Below, one piece after another: positions 42,821 through 51,394 of a DNA stretch of 64,000 bases. The stretch spans positions 96,001 through 160,000 of the forward strand of contig LDXK01000001.1 of assembly GCA_001443395.1 (NCBI GenBank), in the 5' to 3' direction. Position 1 is the stretch's first letter. Every line of letters starts with the position of its first letter. This DNA comes from a candidate division WWE3 bacterium CSP1-7 (lineage in GTDB: Bacteria > Patescibacteriota > WWE3 > 9FT-COMBO-53-11). A model generated the notes under the pieces. It did no database searches, was not told where the DNA came from, and saw only the letters and a program-made list of their open reading frames with translations. A program made the position numbers and the translations under genes.

Positions 42821-43973
42821 TAGCGATTACTCTCTCAACCTCGGCCAGAGCCTTCGGTCCTAATCCCTTGATGGTTTTGATCTCCTCGAAAGGTTTTTCC
42901 TTTAACTTCTCGACGCTCTCGATCCCCGCCTCTCCCAAGAGTTTGGCGACGCGGGCCGAAAGACCTTGGTCGACCAATCCCAAACCCTTCGTCCCTTCGG
43001 CAAAGACCGTTCCGGCGCCCTTAATGTCGATCCGCCAACCGGTCAGCTTCGCTGCCAACCGGACGTTCTGGCCTTCCTTGCCGATCGCCAACGAGAGTTG
43101 GTCTTCGGGCACCTCCACCTCGGCAGTCCGGCTCTTGGGCTTGAGCTTCGCTTCGATAACCTTCGCCGGCGAGAGCGCCGAAGAAACGAAAGTCGCATCA
43201 TCCGCCGAGTAAGGAATGATATCGACCTTCTCTTCACCCAGCTCGTGGGTCACCGCCTGCACCCGGACACCCTTCTGCCCGACACACGAACCAACCGGAT
43301 CAATCCGCTCTTCGCTGGAGGAAACCGCGATCTTGGTGCGCCGGCCGGCCTCCCGGGAAATCGCTTCCACCTTGACGATTCCTTGAGAAATCTCGGGAAC
43401 CTCGAGGGCGAAAAGCTCAGTCACGAATTCCGGATCGGTCCGCGAGAGCAAAATCTCCGGACCCCGGGTTCCCTCCTGAACCTCTTTCACCAGCGCCTTC
43501 ACCCGCGCCCCGGTGCGGTACTGCTCTCCCGGAATCTGCTCGGAAGGCGGGAGAATCCCCTGCGTCCGGCCCAGGTCCACAAAAACAACCCCGTTTTCCA
43601 CCCGGAAAACGAAGCCGGAAACGATGCTCTTCTCTTTTTCTTTGAACTCGGTTCGAATCGCTTCCTTTTCCTCTTCCCGGATTTTTTGGAGAATAACCTG
43701 CTTCGCCGTTTGGGCGGCGATCCGGCCAAAGCCGGCCGGAGTCACGTCCTTGCCCTCTTTGAAGATCCGGGCTTCCCCGGTTTCCAGGGTCAACTTAACT
43801 TCAATATCGTCCTTGGGTTCCTCCCCCTCTTCCACGACCGGGGTGGGACCGCCGAAGTCCTTGCGGTATGCAGCGGCGAGCGCCTGCTTGACGCCTTCAA
43901 TGATGGACTCCGGGGAAACTCCCCGTTCCGCCGCGAGCTGATTAATTGCCGCACTAAACTCTGTTGTTGCCAT
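42780..43973 (-). CDS. nusA: Transcription factor NusA
   Basis: [31 protein letters not shown]; start ATG 43973. Confidence 0.97.
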   Translation of the reverse strand: MATTEFSAAINQLAAERGVSPESIIEGVKQALAAAYRKDFGGPTPVVEEGEEPKDDIEVKLTLETGEARIFKEGKDVTPAGFGRIAAQTAKQVILQKIREEEKEAIRTEFKEKEKSIVSGFVFRVENGVVFVDLGRTQGILPPSEQIPGEQYRTGARVKALVKEVQEGTRGPEILLSRTDPEFVTELFALEVPEISQGIVKVEAISREAGRRTKIAVSSSEERIDPVGSCVGQKGVRVQAVTHELGEEKVDIIPYSADDATFVSSALSPAKVIEAKLKPKSRTAEVEVPEDQLSLAIGKEGQNVRLAAKLTGWRIDIKGAGTVFAEGTKGLGLVDQGLSARVAKLLGEAGIESVEKLKEKPFEEIKTIKGLGPKALAEVERVIANVQKTAEPKKPKS

Positions 43974-43983
43974 TTTATTTCTC

Positions 43984-44021
43984 CAAAATGCTAGCTCTGT
44001 TTCCGCAGAGCGTCCATTTTG
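43984..44021 (+). repeat. REP-like hairpin copy 10
   Basis: TGCTAG-CTCTG-TTTCCG-CAGAG-CGTCCA with CAAAA/TTTTG outer stem. Confidence 0.8.
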
Positions 44022-44029
44022 TTTCTTCA

Positions 44030-44056
44030 AAACAATTGGTGGGACGAGCCCACCAA
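44030..44056 (-). promoter_or_regulatory. rimP-leader-like hairpin upstream of nusA
   Basis: TTGGTGGGCTCGTCCCACCAA followed by TTGTTTT. Confidence 0.5.
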
Positions 44057-44092
44057 CCAGTAGCTCCAGTATAGGGTTTGAGGATCGAAAGG

Positions 44093-44845
44093 TCAAGACA
44101 CCGGAGTCTTGAGAACGACCCGATTGATAAAGAGGGTGGACTCGAAGAGCAGGATCAGCGGCACCGTTAGCAGGGCCAGGGAGAGTAGGTCGGTCGGCGG
44201 TAGCAGACTGGCGAAGAGCAGGCAGATGAAGTAAACCATCGGCCGCTGGGAGGAGATCGTCCGGTAACCGAGGACACCGATCCGCATCAGCGCCGTTAGC
44301 ACGACCGGAAACTCAAAGGCCGCTCCCAGAAGGGAAGAAGTCACAATGATCTGGGAGAGCAGCGCGGAGACATCCAGAAGGTTGCCGACCTCCAGCTCCA
44401 ACGCCTTCTCATAGAAGAGGCTGATGACATACTTCATCACCGCCACCCCGTAGAAAAAGCCCACGAAGAAGAGGAAGATCACCAGCGGCATCAGCGTCAT
44501 GATAATCCGGAACTCCCTCTTCTTGAGCGCCGGCCGCAGAAAAGAAAAGATCTGGTAGAGGGCGAGCGGCAGGGCTGCGATCAGCCCGACGGCCAAGGCA
44601 GAGCTAAAGGCGAGGTTGATGAACTGGAACGGTGAGGTAAAGGCGATGTTAACCCCTTCGAACCGAAAGATTCTTAGGCTAAAGTTGATGATCTGTTCGT
44701 AGTAGACGAATCCCAGAACGGCGAAAACCAGGAAAAGGATGATGAAAAGGCGGACTCTCTTTTTGATTTCGTTCAAGAAGGGGCTGAATTTGTCAATGAG
44801 ACCTTCCCAACCTAAGTCGGCAGGTCTCTCGTTTTCTGGAGACAT
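44093..44845 (-). CDS. tatC: Twin-arginine translocase TatC
   Basis: Six TMs, YQIFSFLRPAL..RE, FEFPV, PPTDLLS. Confidence 0.9.
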   Translation of the reverse strand: MSPENERPADLGWEGLIDKFSPFLNEIKKRVRLFIILFLVFAVLGFVYYEQIINFSLRIFRFEGVNIAFTSPFQFINLAFSSALAVGLIAALPLALYQIFSFLRPALKKREFRIIMTLMPLVIFLFFVGFFYGVAVMKYVISLFYEKALELEVGNLLDVSALLSQIIVTSSLLGAAFEFPVVLTALMRIGVLGYRTISSQRPMVYFICLLFASLLPPTDLLSLALLTVPLILLFESTLFINRVVLKTPVS

Positions 44846-44862
44846 TTTGGGGTAATTCCGAA

Positions 44863-45009
44863 CTACTCCTTACTTCCCGCGCTCTTCTTAAATTCGCTGA
44901 CGCCTTCCGCGATTCCTTTGATGAATTCGGGGACTTTGCGCGACCCGAAGAACACCAGGAGCAACAGAGACATCAGGATTAGTTCCGTAAGTCCGATTCT
45001 AACTGGCAC
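44863..45009 (-). CDS. tatA: TatA/E family subunit
   Basis: IGLTELIL...FFGSRKVPE..KGI..G..EFKK; GTG start with RBS. Confidence 0.85.
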   Translation of the reverse strand: MPVRIGLTELILMSLLLLVFFGSRKVPEFIKGIAEGVSEFKKSAGSKE

Positions 45010-45328
45010 TCTTTTCACCCCCCTCCGGTTTTGATCCCTCCTTCGCCTTCTGGGCAAGTTGGGCAAGTTGGGCTACCTCCTGTTTGGCCATATCAACTGT
45101 GGGTGCTTCGGCGGCGGTTTCTTCCTCGGCCGGGGCGTTCAGAACATCGTTCACCGGCTTCTTGAGATCCTCGATCGCCTCCCGGTACTCCTTGCCGACT
45201 TTCTTGAATTCCTTCCCGGCCGCGCCGACGTCGCGGGCGATCTCGCTCGTTTTTTTGCTACCGAAGAGAATTGACAGGATGGCGATGAAGATAATGATGG
45301 CTTCCGCCGGACCGATGTTGGCTAACAT
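44999..45328 (-). CDS. TatA/B family subunit (long tail)
   Basis: NIGPAE...LFGSKK..EIARDVG....EFKK. Confidence 0.82.
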   Translation of the reverse strand: MLANIGPAEAIIIFIAILSILFGSKKTSEIARDVGAAGKEFKKVGKEYREAIEDLKKPVNDVLNAPAEEETAAEAPTVDMAKQEVAQLAQLAQKAKEGSKPEGGEKSAS

Positions 45329-45381
45329 GTTCTAGGAAAATAGTAGCACAGCAACCAGGGTATAGGGTCTAGGGTTTAGCG

Positions 45382-46752
45382 TCACTTAAGTGATGCTAAA
45401 GTCGCTTTCACTTTCGTGTCTTTGAGAGTTTTTCCGGCAGAACCGGTACCGGTGTGGGCGGAAATCAGTTCATCCCAGACCGTATCGGCGGTCGCTTCGG
45501 CGATGGCGGTGATGTCCCCTCCCGTGATCGTTCCGGAGGTGTCCTCGAAAGTGTCAACACTGTCGGTCTTATCAATAGTTCCGGCGGTGTTCTTCGCGAT
45601 CGTGTGGTGGAGGCGGATGCCGGTGCGGACCACCCCGCTGCCGACATCGATCCCCCAGCCGGTGTTGTTGAAGATAAGGTTGTTCTCGAAGATATTATCG
45701 ACGATGTCCGTGAAACCGTCGGCCAGGTCGGCGCCGTCACCGGCGTTGCCGGAGATGATGCACTGGCGAACCTTGGCGATGCTAGTCGTCTCCCCGATGC
45801 TAATCCCGTTCCCGGCGCAGTCCTCGATCGCGCAGGTGTCGATAGTGGTCCGGGCGGAGCTGGAGACACTGATTCCGTTGCTGGTGGCGCCGCTCACCCA
45901 GACGTCTTTGATGAGGGCGTTGTCTCCCGTCACGACGATCCCGTTGTCCGTTCCGCCGGTTTCGGTGGTAACGTAGAACCCGGAGAACTCGACGTTGTCG
46001 GCACTAATGGTAATCGCGTCTCCGGTAGAACCAGGATCGAATTGGAAATTGTATCCCGGACCCCGAACCTTTAGAGAGGCAATGTCGATAGTAATTTTTT
46101 CGCCGGTGGTGGTGATTCCGTCGGAATCGGTTGCCAGAGCAAAGACTACATCGCTGCGGCCGGCGCCGCCATCGAGGTTGATCAGGGTTTTAACCTGAGC
46201 GAAAGTCTGCACTGCCGTGGAGGGCGTGGTACCGTTATTGGAATCGCTTCCGCCGGCCGGGCTCCAGTACCAAACAGATCCGATCGACGCGTGTCGACCT
46301 CGTAGAGATTCGATCAGGTACAGCGCCGCGTAATCGGAAGCGGGAGTCGCGATCGTCGCCGAAGAAGACTGAGCGATGGTCACTTGGGTGTTTTGAGTTG
46401 CAAAGACCGGGTTGTTATTGTAGATGTTGGTTGCAACCAAATTCCCCCCTCTGACGAAGCAAAGGACGGTCCCACCCTCCGCCACCGGCGGGAACCCCTC
46501 GTCTTCGACCTCCTGATCGGTCCGCGCCTCAAACGCCAATCGCCAATCATTGATCAGTTCCAAGGTGATACCCACCAGAATACCCCCACCCAAGTCCTGC
46601 TTACCGGAGGCGTTGACGATCTGAGCCACCTCCAGATTATGATTTTTCTCCTCAAACAGCCGGATATCGTCGTGCAAATCCTGAATCGTAAGCTCTCTCT
46701 GGGGTTTTTCGACGGTGATTACCTTAAGGGCTTTATCAAAAACGAGGGCCAT
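45382..46752 (-). CDS. Phage-like protein with right-handed beta-helix
   Basis: GSDSNNGTTPSTAVQT, repeated N..G.G parallel beta-helix turns, C-terminal VWDE...H...GS.GK. Confidence 0.75.
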   Translation of the reverse strand: MALVFDKALKVITVEKPQRELTIQDLHDDIRLFEEKNHNLEVAQIVNASGKQDLGGGILVGITLELINDWRLAFEARTDQEVEDEGFPPVAEGGTVLCFVRGGNLVATNIYNNNPVFATQNTQVTIAQSSSATIATPASDYAALYLIESLRGRHASIGSVWYWSPAGGSDSNNGTTPSTAVQTFAQVKTLINLDGGAGRSDVVFALATDSDGITTTGEKITIDIASLKVRGPGYNFQFDPGSTGDAITISADNVEFSGFYVTTETGGTDNGIVVTGDNALIKDVWVSGATSNGISVSSSARTTIDTCAIEDCAGNGISIGETTSIAKVRQCIISGNAGDGADLADGFTDIVDNIFENNLIFNNTGWGIDVGSGVVRTGIRLHHTIAKNTAGTIDKTDSVDTFEDTSGTITGGDITAIAEATADTVWDELISAHTGTGSAGKTLKDTKVKATLASLK

Positions 46753-46753
46753 T

Positions 46754-46936
46754 TCATTTCTTTACCTTCTGGTGCGCCTCAATGATCACAATCATCTGGT
46801 TATCACGATCGATCCCTTCGTTTTCTTTGGCAATTGCCTCTTCAAAAATCTTGATATTCGCCTTCCTCTTTTTGATATCAGTTGAAAGCGCCTCTTTATC
46901 ATACTGTAGTGCTTCTTCGGAAGTTACCGGTTCCAT
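46754..46936 (-). CDS. Small coiled-coil hypothetical protein
   Basis: Abuts the next ATG; helical and charged. Confidence 0.6.
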   Translation of the reverse strand: MEPVTSEEALQYDKEALSTDIKKRKANIKIFEEAIAKENEGIDRDNQMIVIIEAHQKVKK

Positions 46937-46952
46937 ATTTAGTAATTATTGG

Positions 46953-47282
46953 CTAACGCACGTATCCCGAGAACTTCTGTGGGGATTTTCTTTTGGTACT
47001 CTTAACAGACCTCTTATTTTTTGAAACTTTATTTTTTGTTTCTGGTTGAACTTCCGGTTCGACTTCTTCTTTAGTTAATTTGGCTACCGTAATTTTCTTG
47101 CTCTCAACTTCCCCCTCAGATCCAGATTTTATCTCACCAATCTTTTCTCTTTCATTGAATACCTCAATTTCTTTTTTCATTTCTTCCATGGTGCTTGCAC
47201 GCAATCTGGTATTCCCCCGAGGGTCGCGGGCGAAAAAGTATAATTTGCCTCCGCTTATAGCTTTCAAAACTTCAAACTTCAT
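46953..47282 (-). CDS. Hypothetical protein
   Basis: Co-oriented ORF with Lys/Glu-rich tail. Confidence 0.6.
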   Translation of the reverse strand: MKFEVLKAISGGKLYFFARDPRGNTRLRASTMEEMKKEIEVFNEREKIGEIKSGSEGEVESKKITVAKLTKEEVEPEVQPETKNKVSKNKRSVKSTKRKSPQKFSGYVR

Positions 47283-47316
47283 CGGATCTTATTATAAACC
47301 ACGCAAGCAGGTCACC

Positions 47317-49803
47317 TTACGGTGTAAAAATCGTGTCCGGCGTTCTAATAATGTTGTTAGACAAGCCGGTGCTGTCGATAGTTCCGCTGGCGTCGTAGGG
47401 AATGATGCCGTCATTTTCTGGAAGGTCCGCGTGCCTTGCCCTAACCCGCACGGCAGAGGTAGCGCGATTATCGATATCGTATGTAACGATATTTTGTTCA
47501 AATCCATCCGCCCCCGCTTCATACACATCAAGAACCGGAATGTAAACCCGATCCGCGGCCGCAGTGGTGATCGGCAAACCATTAAGTTGATATCCGTCAC
47601 CGCTCCAGCTAGTAACCGGTGTTGTTGTTAATTCGGTATCAGAAACAACTGCAAGCACATAGGCAATGACGGCTTCAGTAGTATTTCTGATTAGATCCCC
47701 TACTTTTGCCGTTGATGTAAAAGTCGCCCCAGAATCTGTCAGCGTATCGGTATCTCCTCCGGTTGCCGTCCCGGATGTGGCTGAAAGTACAAACGCGCCG
47801 TTGGGCCCGTTGCTCCAGCTGGTATACCTTATTCTGTACTCCAATTGAGCATCGGCATCGACTAACCGCAAAACCGCACCCGGTGAAACTTTTCCAGGTT
47901 CGTCCTTAGCAATCGGGGCGGTGAGATCAAGTGTGGTTTCCCCCGGAGCTTGGGCGGCAGTGGGAGTATAGTCATCTTTATCAATCTCTCCCGTAGCGGG
48001 AACGATCCTGAATACCCCAATTTTGTCACCTTCCTTGGTGTTAGTGACTTTGATCGTAATTTTGTCGGGGGCAGTGACAACATTTCCGTCATCGTCGGTG
48101 AGCTGATAATTGTTGGCATCTGCACCGGGGACATTAATCAATACAACCCCAGGAGCACAGAACCAAGTAACACCGGCAAAAGTACCTAACGGGGCGGATT
48201 TAATCGGGGTGATCCGCGTAAATGTATTGGTGGAAATGGTGTTTGTTCCATCGGTGACATCTTCATCTGGATCACTAGCCGGACCAAAAGTTCCTCGAGA
48301 ATTTCTCAAAATAACAATCTTATCTGTTTCGTTGACTTGAACAACTGTGCCCTTTGCTCCCGAAGTTGCTCCGGTTACCTCGGCACCTTCGGTAAGGGCA
48401 CCCGGAGCTGTGGACGTGTATTGAATCTTATAATCCGAACCGATGTATTGCTCCCCATCCATTCCATCGGTGTTAGCATCTTGGGTAATCTCTCCCCGAC
48501 GGGTTAGCCATTTAGTCCATTCGTAAACATCGGCCAGAAGCTCGTCGCTGCAGTCAATGATAATGGAGTAATTTTCGGGGGTGCCGTCCTCGTTTATATC
48601 GTAAGCACCACCGTCGTTCAAAGTTGCCCCACCGTGGGTAATTGAAACGCCTGCAAGAGCCGCCGGCCCGGAAGCGCTGGGAGCAGCGCTTGTCGCGCTT
48701 TCTCCTGTATCCGCTCCAGCCACTGGATCGTACTCTTTGACGGTATCGAGGTTGGCAAAATTGGAAAGGGTACCGATCAGATAATAATCACAATCCGTCG
48801 TACCGTTGACGGCAGTGAGCACTGCTTTTTTAGTTGCGGTCGGGTACGTTGCACCAACATAAAGATAATTACCCGCAGTGAAAGCCCCGGACGCGCCGGA
48901 AAGAGCGATATTCCAGTAGCCGGTAGTGTTGTTGAGGTCTTCTCCGGTAGAAAGCGGGATAGGGTTGCGACCACCGTTGGAAAGATCCACGATATAGTTG
49001 TCGTAGTTTTTTGTATAATGGCGGGCAAATACTGTCACAAATCCCTCATCGATGTACCCGCTAACTTCCCGGACCTTTACCAAAATGTCAATGTGGCCAT
49101 CGATCCACCAGTCGTAGTTAGTTGTCGGCTGGACGGAGGAAATCATCTTTGCACTGTCTTGAATCACGTATAGGTGCGTAATACTCTCATCCTCAAGAGT
49201 ACCGATAGAGTAGATGTTGGACCAAAGAGTTTCACCGTCTGCTACGGATGTCCACGTAGCGGTGTTGCTGCTACCTGCAGCAGTAATCGTACCGGAGTCA
49301 TCCCAGTCGTCACCGGCGGCACTTGTATCAGGTCGAATCCAGAGATAAGTTGTTGTCCCCGAACCGCGAATATCTAATAAAGTTCCGTCGTTAGTGCCAA
49401 GAGAAACATCATCACCGATATCGCCGGTATCAAGTGGGGTACCACCACTGTTATCGCACAATACTCTAACAACGCCGGTATTAGTGGCAGTTCTATCCCA
49501 AGAAGCAGTCTTGACTGCACCGCCAGTTAAATGCTCGACCGTAAAATCATCAATAAACCACGGGTCAGTGTCGCCGGCGTCGATTTTTCCAATGGTGTAC
49601 TCAGTCGGGGTCTGGGCGGACATTGGGACACCATCGTCCATTTGGCCAAGTTCGTCAAAATGATCTTGAAGACGGGAGTAAAGTTTCCTAACCGTACATG
49701 AACCGGAAACCCACTCGATCCGTTTTTGGCGGTTTTCTGCGCCATAATAAACGTTAAAAGTGGCATTATCTCCAGGGCCAGTAGTTGTAATCTGATCTGA
49801 CAT
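47317..49803 (-). CDS. Large acidic T/G/D-rich phage-structural-like protein
   Basis: 828 aa, beta-rich, no signal peptide; N-domain shared with 50705/51037 and C-module shared with 51395. Confidence 0.8.
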   Translation of the reverse strand: MSDQITTTGPGDNATFNVYYGAENRQKRIEWVSGSCTVRKLYSRLQDHFDELGQMDDGVPMSAQTPTEYTIGKIDAGDTDPWFIDDFTVEHLTGGAVKTASWDRTATNTGVVRVLCDNSGGTPLDTGDIGDDVSLGTNDGTLLDIRGSGTTTYLWIRPDTSAAGDDWDDSGTITAAGSSNTATWTSVADGETLWSNIYSIGTLEDESITHLYVIQDSAKMISSVQPTTNYDWWIDGHIDILVKVREVSGYIDEGFVTVFARHYTKNYDNYIVDLSNGGRNPIPLSTGEDLNNTTGYWNIALSGASGAFTAGNYLYVGATYPTATKKAVLTAVNGTTDCDYYLIGTLSNFANLDTVKEYDPVAGADTGESATSAAPSASGPAALAGVSITHGGATLNDGGAYDINEDGTPENYSIIIDCSDELLADVYEWTKWLTRRGEITQDANTDGMDGEQYIGSDYKIQYTSTAPGALTEGAEVTGATSGAKGTVVQVNETDKIVILRNSRGTFGPASDPDEDVTDGTNTISTNTFTRITPIKSAPLGTFAGVTWFCAPGVVLINVPGADANNYQLTDDDGNVVTAPDKITIKVTNTKEGDKIGVFRIVPATGEIDKDDYTPTAAQAPGETTLDLTAPIAKDEPGKVSPGAVLRLVDADAQLEYRIRYTSWSNGPNGAFVLSATSGTATGGDTDTLTDSGATFTSTAKVGDLIRNTTEAVIAYVLAVVSDTELTTTPVTSWSGDGYQLNGLPITTAAADRVYIPVLDVYEAGADGFEQNIVTYDIDNRATSAVRVRARHADLPENDGIIPYDASGTIDSTGLSNNIIRTPDTIFTP

Positions 49804-49880
49804 ATTTCGCTAATTAAAAAAGGGGCAAGGACGAAGCTTCTGGAAGAAGAATACTACAACGGGATACCCCTGTGTCAATA

Positions 49881-49920
49881 AGGGGTTGAACCCCTAACGT
49901 CAAACAGGGGTTGAACCCCT
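49881..49920. repeat. Tandem palindromes AGGGGTTGAACCCCT x2 upstream of RAYT
   Basis: Identical 15-mers at 49881 and 49906. Confidence 0.85.
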
Positions 49921-50027
49921 TGACATTCCTGTAAGGGATAGGGTAAAAGTAAATAATGCCGTCCAAATGCTTCCCTTCGCTACGCTCAGGTTGCATCTCG
50001 TTCGGTGAGATAAGGTAAGGAAGAAAT

Positions 50028-50675
50028 ATGCCATCAAAGTATGTCGTTCGAAATTTCGCCGAAGATTCCTACTACCACGTCTTCAATCGCGGGGTCGAGA
50101 AGCGGAACATTTTTCTGGATGAGGAGGACTACACTACTCTTCAGTCCTACCTCTTCAAATACCTCCAGCCGATCGAAAAAGTCGCCGAAAAATATCCGGA
50201 CACCCCCGTCCGCCTCTACGGAAAAAACCTCTCCGAGGAAGTCGAACTGGTCGCCTACTGCTTAATGCCGAACCATTTCCACCTCCTGTTGAAACAAAAC
50301 ACTAAGGACGGGGTCTCAAAACTGCTGAAGCGAGTCACCAACGCCTACACTCTTTATTTCAACCAGAAGAACGATCGGATCGGGGGGCTGATGCAGGGCA
50401 GGTTCAGAGCCGCTGGAATTGACAACGAGAGCCTATTCATTCACCTGGTCCGATACATCCATCTGAACCCGGTTGTTTCCGGACTAACCCAGGATTTAAC
50501 TAGCTACCGGTGGTCGAGCTACGGCGATTACCTCGGCCAGCCGGCGGAACTCCCCTCCTCCAAGAGCAAGGTCCTCTCCTATTTCCCTTCCGTCGGGGCG
50601 TTCAAAGGATTTCATGAGGACCAAATCGATTACGCGAAAGATCTGGAGAAAATCAAACATCTGGCAATTGATTAG
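50028..50675 (+). mobile_element. REP-associated tyrosine transposase (RAYT, Y1/IS200 superfamily)
   Basis: YHVFNRG, YCLMPNHFHLL (HUH), YIHLNPV, YRWSSY. Confidence 0.92.
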
Positions 50676-50704
50676 AATTTAACCCTCGCCAAAGACGCCG
50701 AGGA

Positions 50705-51004
50705 TTACAGCAAGCCTCGCAACACCTTAAATTTTTTACCGTCCAACGACCTAACTTCCAACAGAAGGTCGCCGCCCTCGATGTGCCTCATCGCTCCATC
50801 GTCGATGACCCACTCATTGGTAAGAGAGTATTTCGTTTTTGATCCGGCCTCGATCGGGATCTCGTAATTCATATTCTGCGGCCGGGAAAATATTTCCTGG
50901 AGAAAAGAATAGAACTCGTTAGTTGAGTATGTGTCCCCGCTTCCCCTCGGGTTATAGCTAATCTTTCTATTTTTAAAATCGACATTGAAATCCTTATCAA
51001 TCAT
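50705..51004 (-). CDS. Stand-alone copy of the shared N-terminal domain
   Basis: DFNVDFKN..I..EFYSFLQEIF...M....PI.A...Y.L.N.W.ID....H..GG. Confidence 0.8.
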   Translation of the reverse strand: MIDKDFNVDFKNRKISYNPRGSGDTYSTNEFYSFLQEIFSRPQNMNYEIPIEAGSKTKYSLTNEWVIDDGAMRHIEGGDLLLEVRSLDGKKFKVLRGLL

Positions 51005-51036
51005 AAAGTTATCAGGTAACTAACTTCGCAGGACTA

Positions 51037-51393
51037 TCAGTAACCTTTCGGTATCATAGGCAAATTCGGGGCATTCAGGGGGTTTTTCCGTGGTCTATCT
51101 GGTTTTACTACTGTAACCGTAAAACGCTGGGATTCGGGGCGATCAATAGCCTCCAGCGTTCCACCCCTAAGGTGTTTCCGCACTTTTTTATCAATGGTCC
51201 AACCGTTGACGAGGAAATATTTCGTCTTTGACTCGGCCTCGATTGGGATATCATACTTCATGTTCCCCGCCTCGTTGAAAATATCCTGGAGATAGGAGTA
51301 AAACTCCAGAATCGTATACTCTCCCACACTTCCTTTCTGGGCGTAGTTAATCTTTTTGTTTTCGAAGTCGATCTTAAAGTCTTCGGCAATCAT
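51037..51393 (-). CDS. Stand-alone copy of the shared N-terminal domain (paralog)
   Basis: DFKIDFEN..I..EFYSYLQDIF...MKYDIPIEA..KTKY.L.NGW.ID....HLRGG. Confidence 0.8.
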   Translation of the reverse strand: MIAEDFKIDFENKKINYAQKGSVGEYTILEFYSYLQDIFNEAGNMKYDIPIEAESKTKYFLVNGWTIDKKVRKHLRGGTLEAIDRPESQRFTVTVVKPDRPRKNPLNAPNLPMIPKGY

Positions 51394-51394
51394 T

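Noticed and set aside
50028-50675. Claim that this RAYT mobilises the TAG...CGTCCA repeats
   Set aside because: No full copy flanks it and its adjacent palindromes differ; the link is unproven
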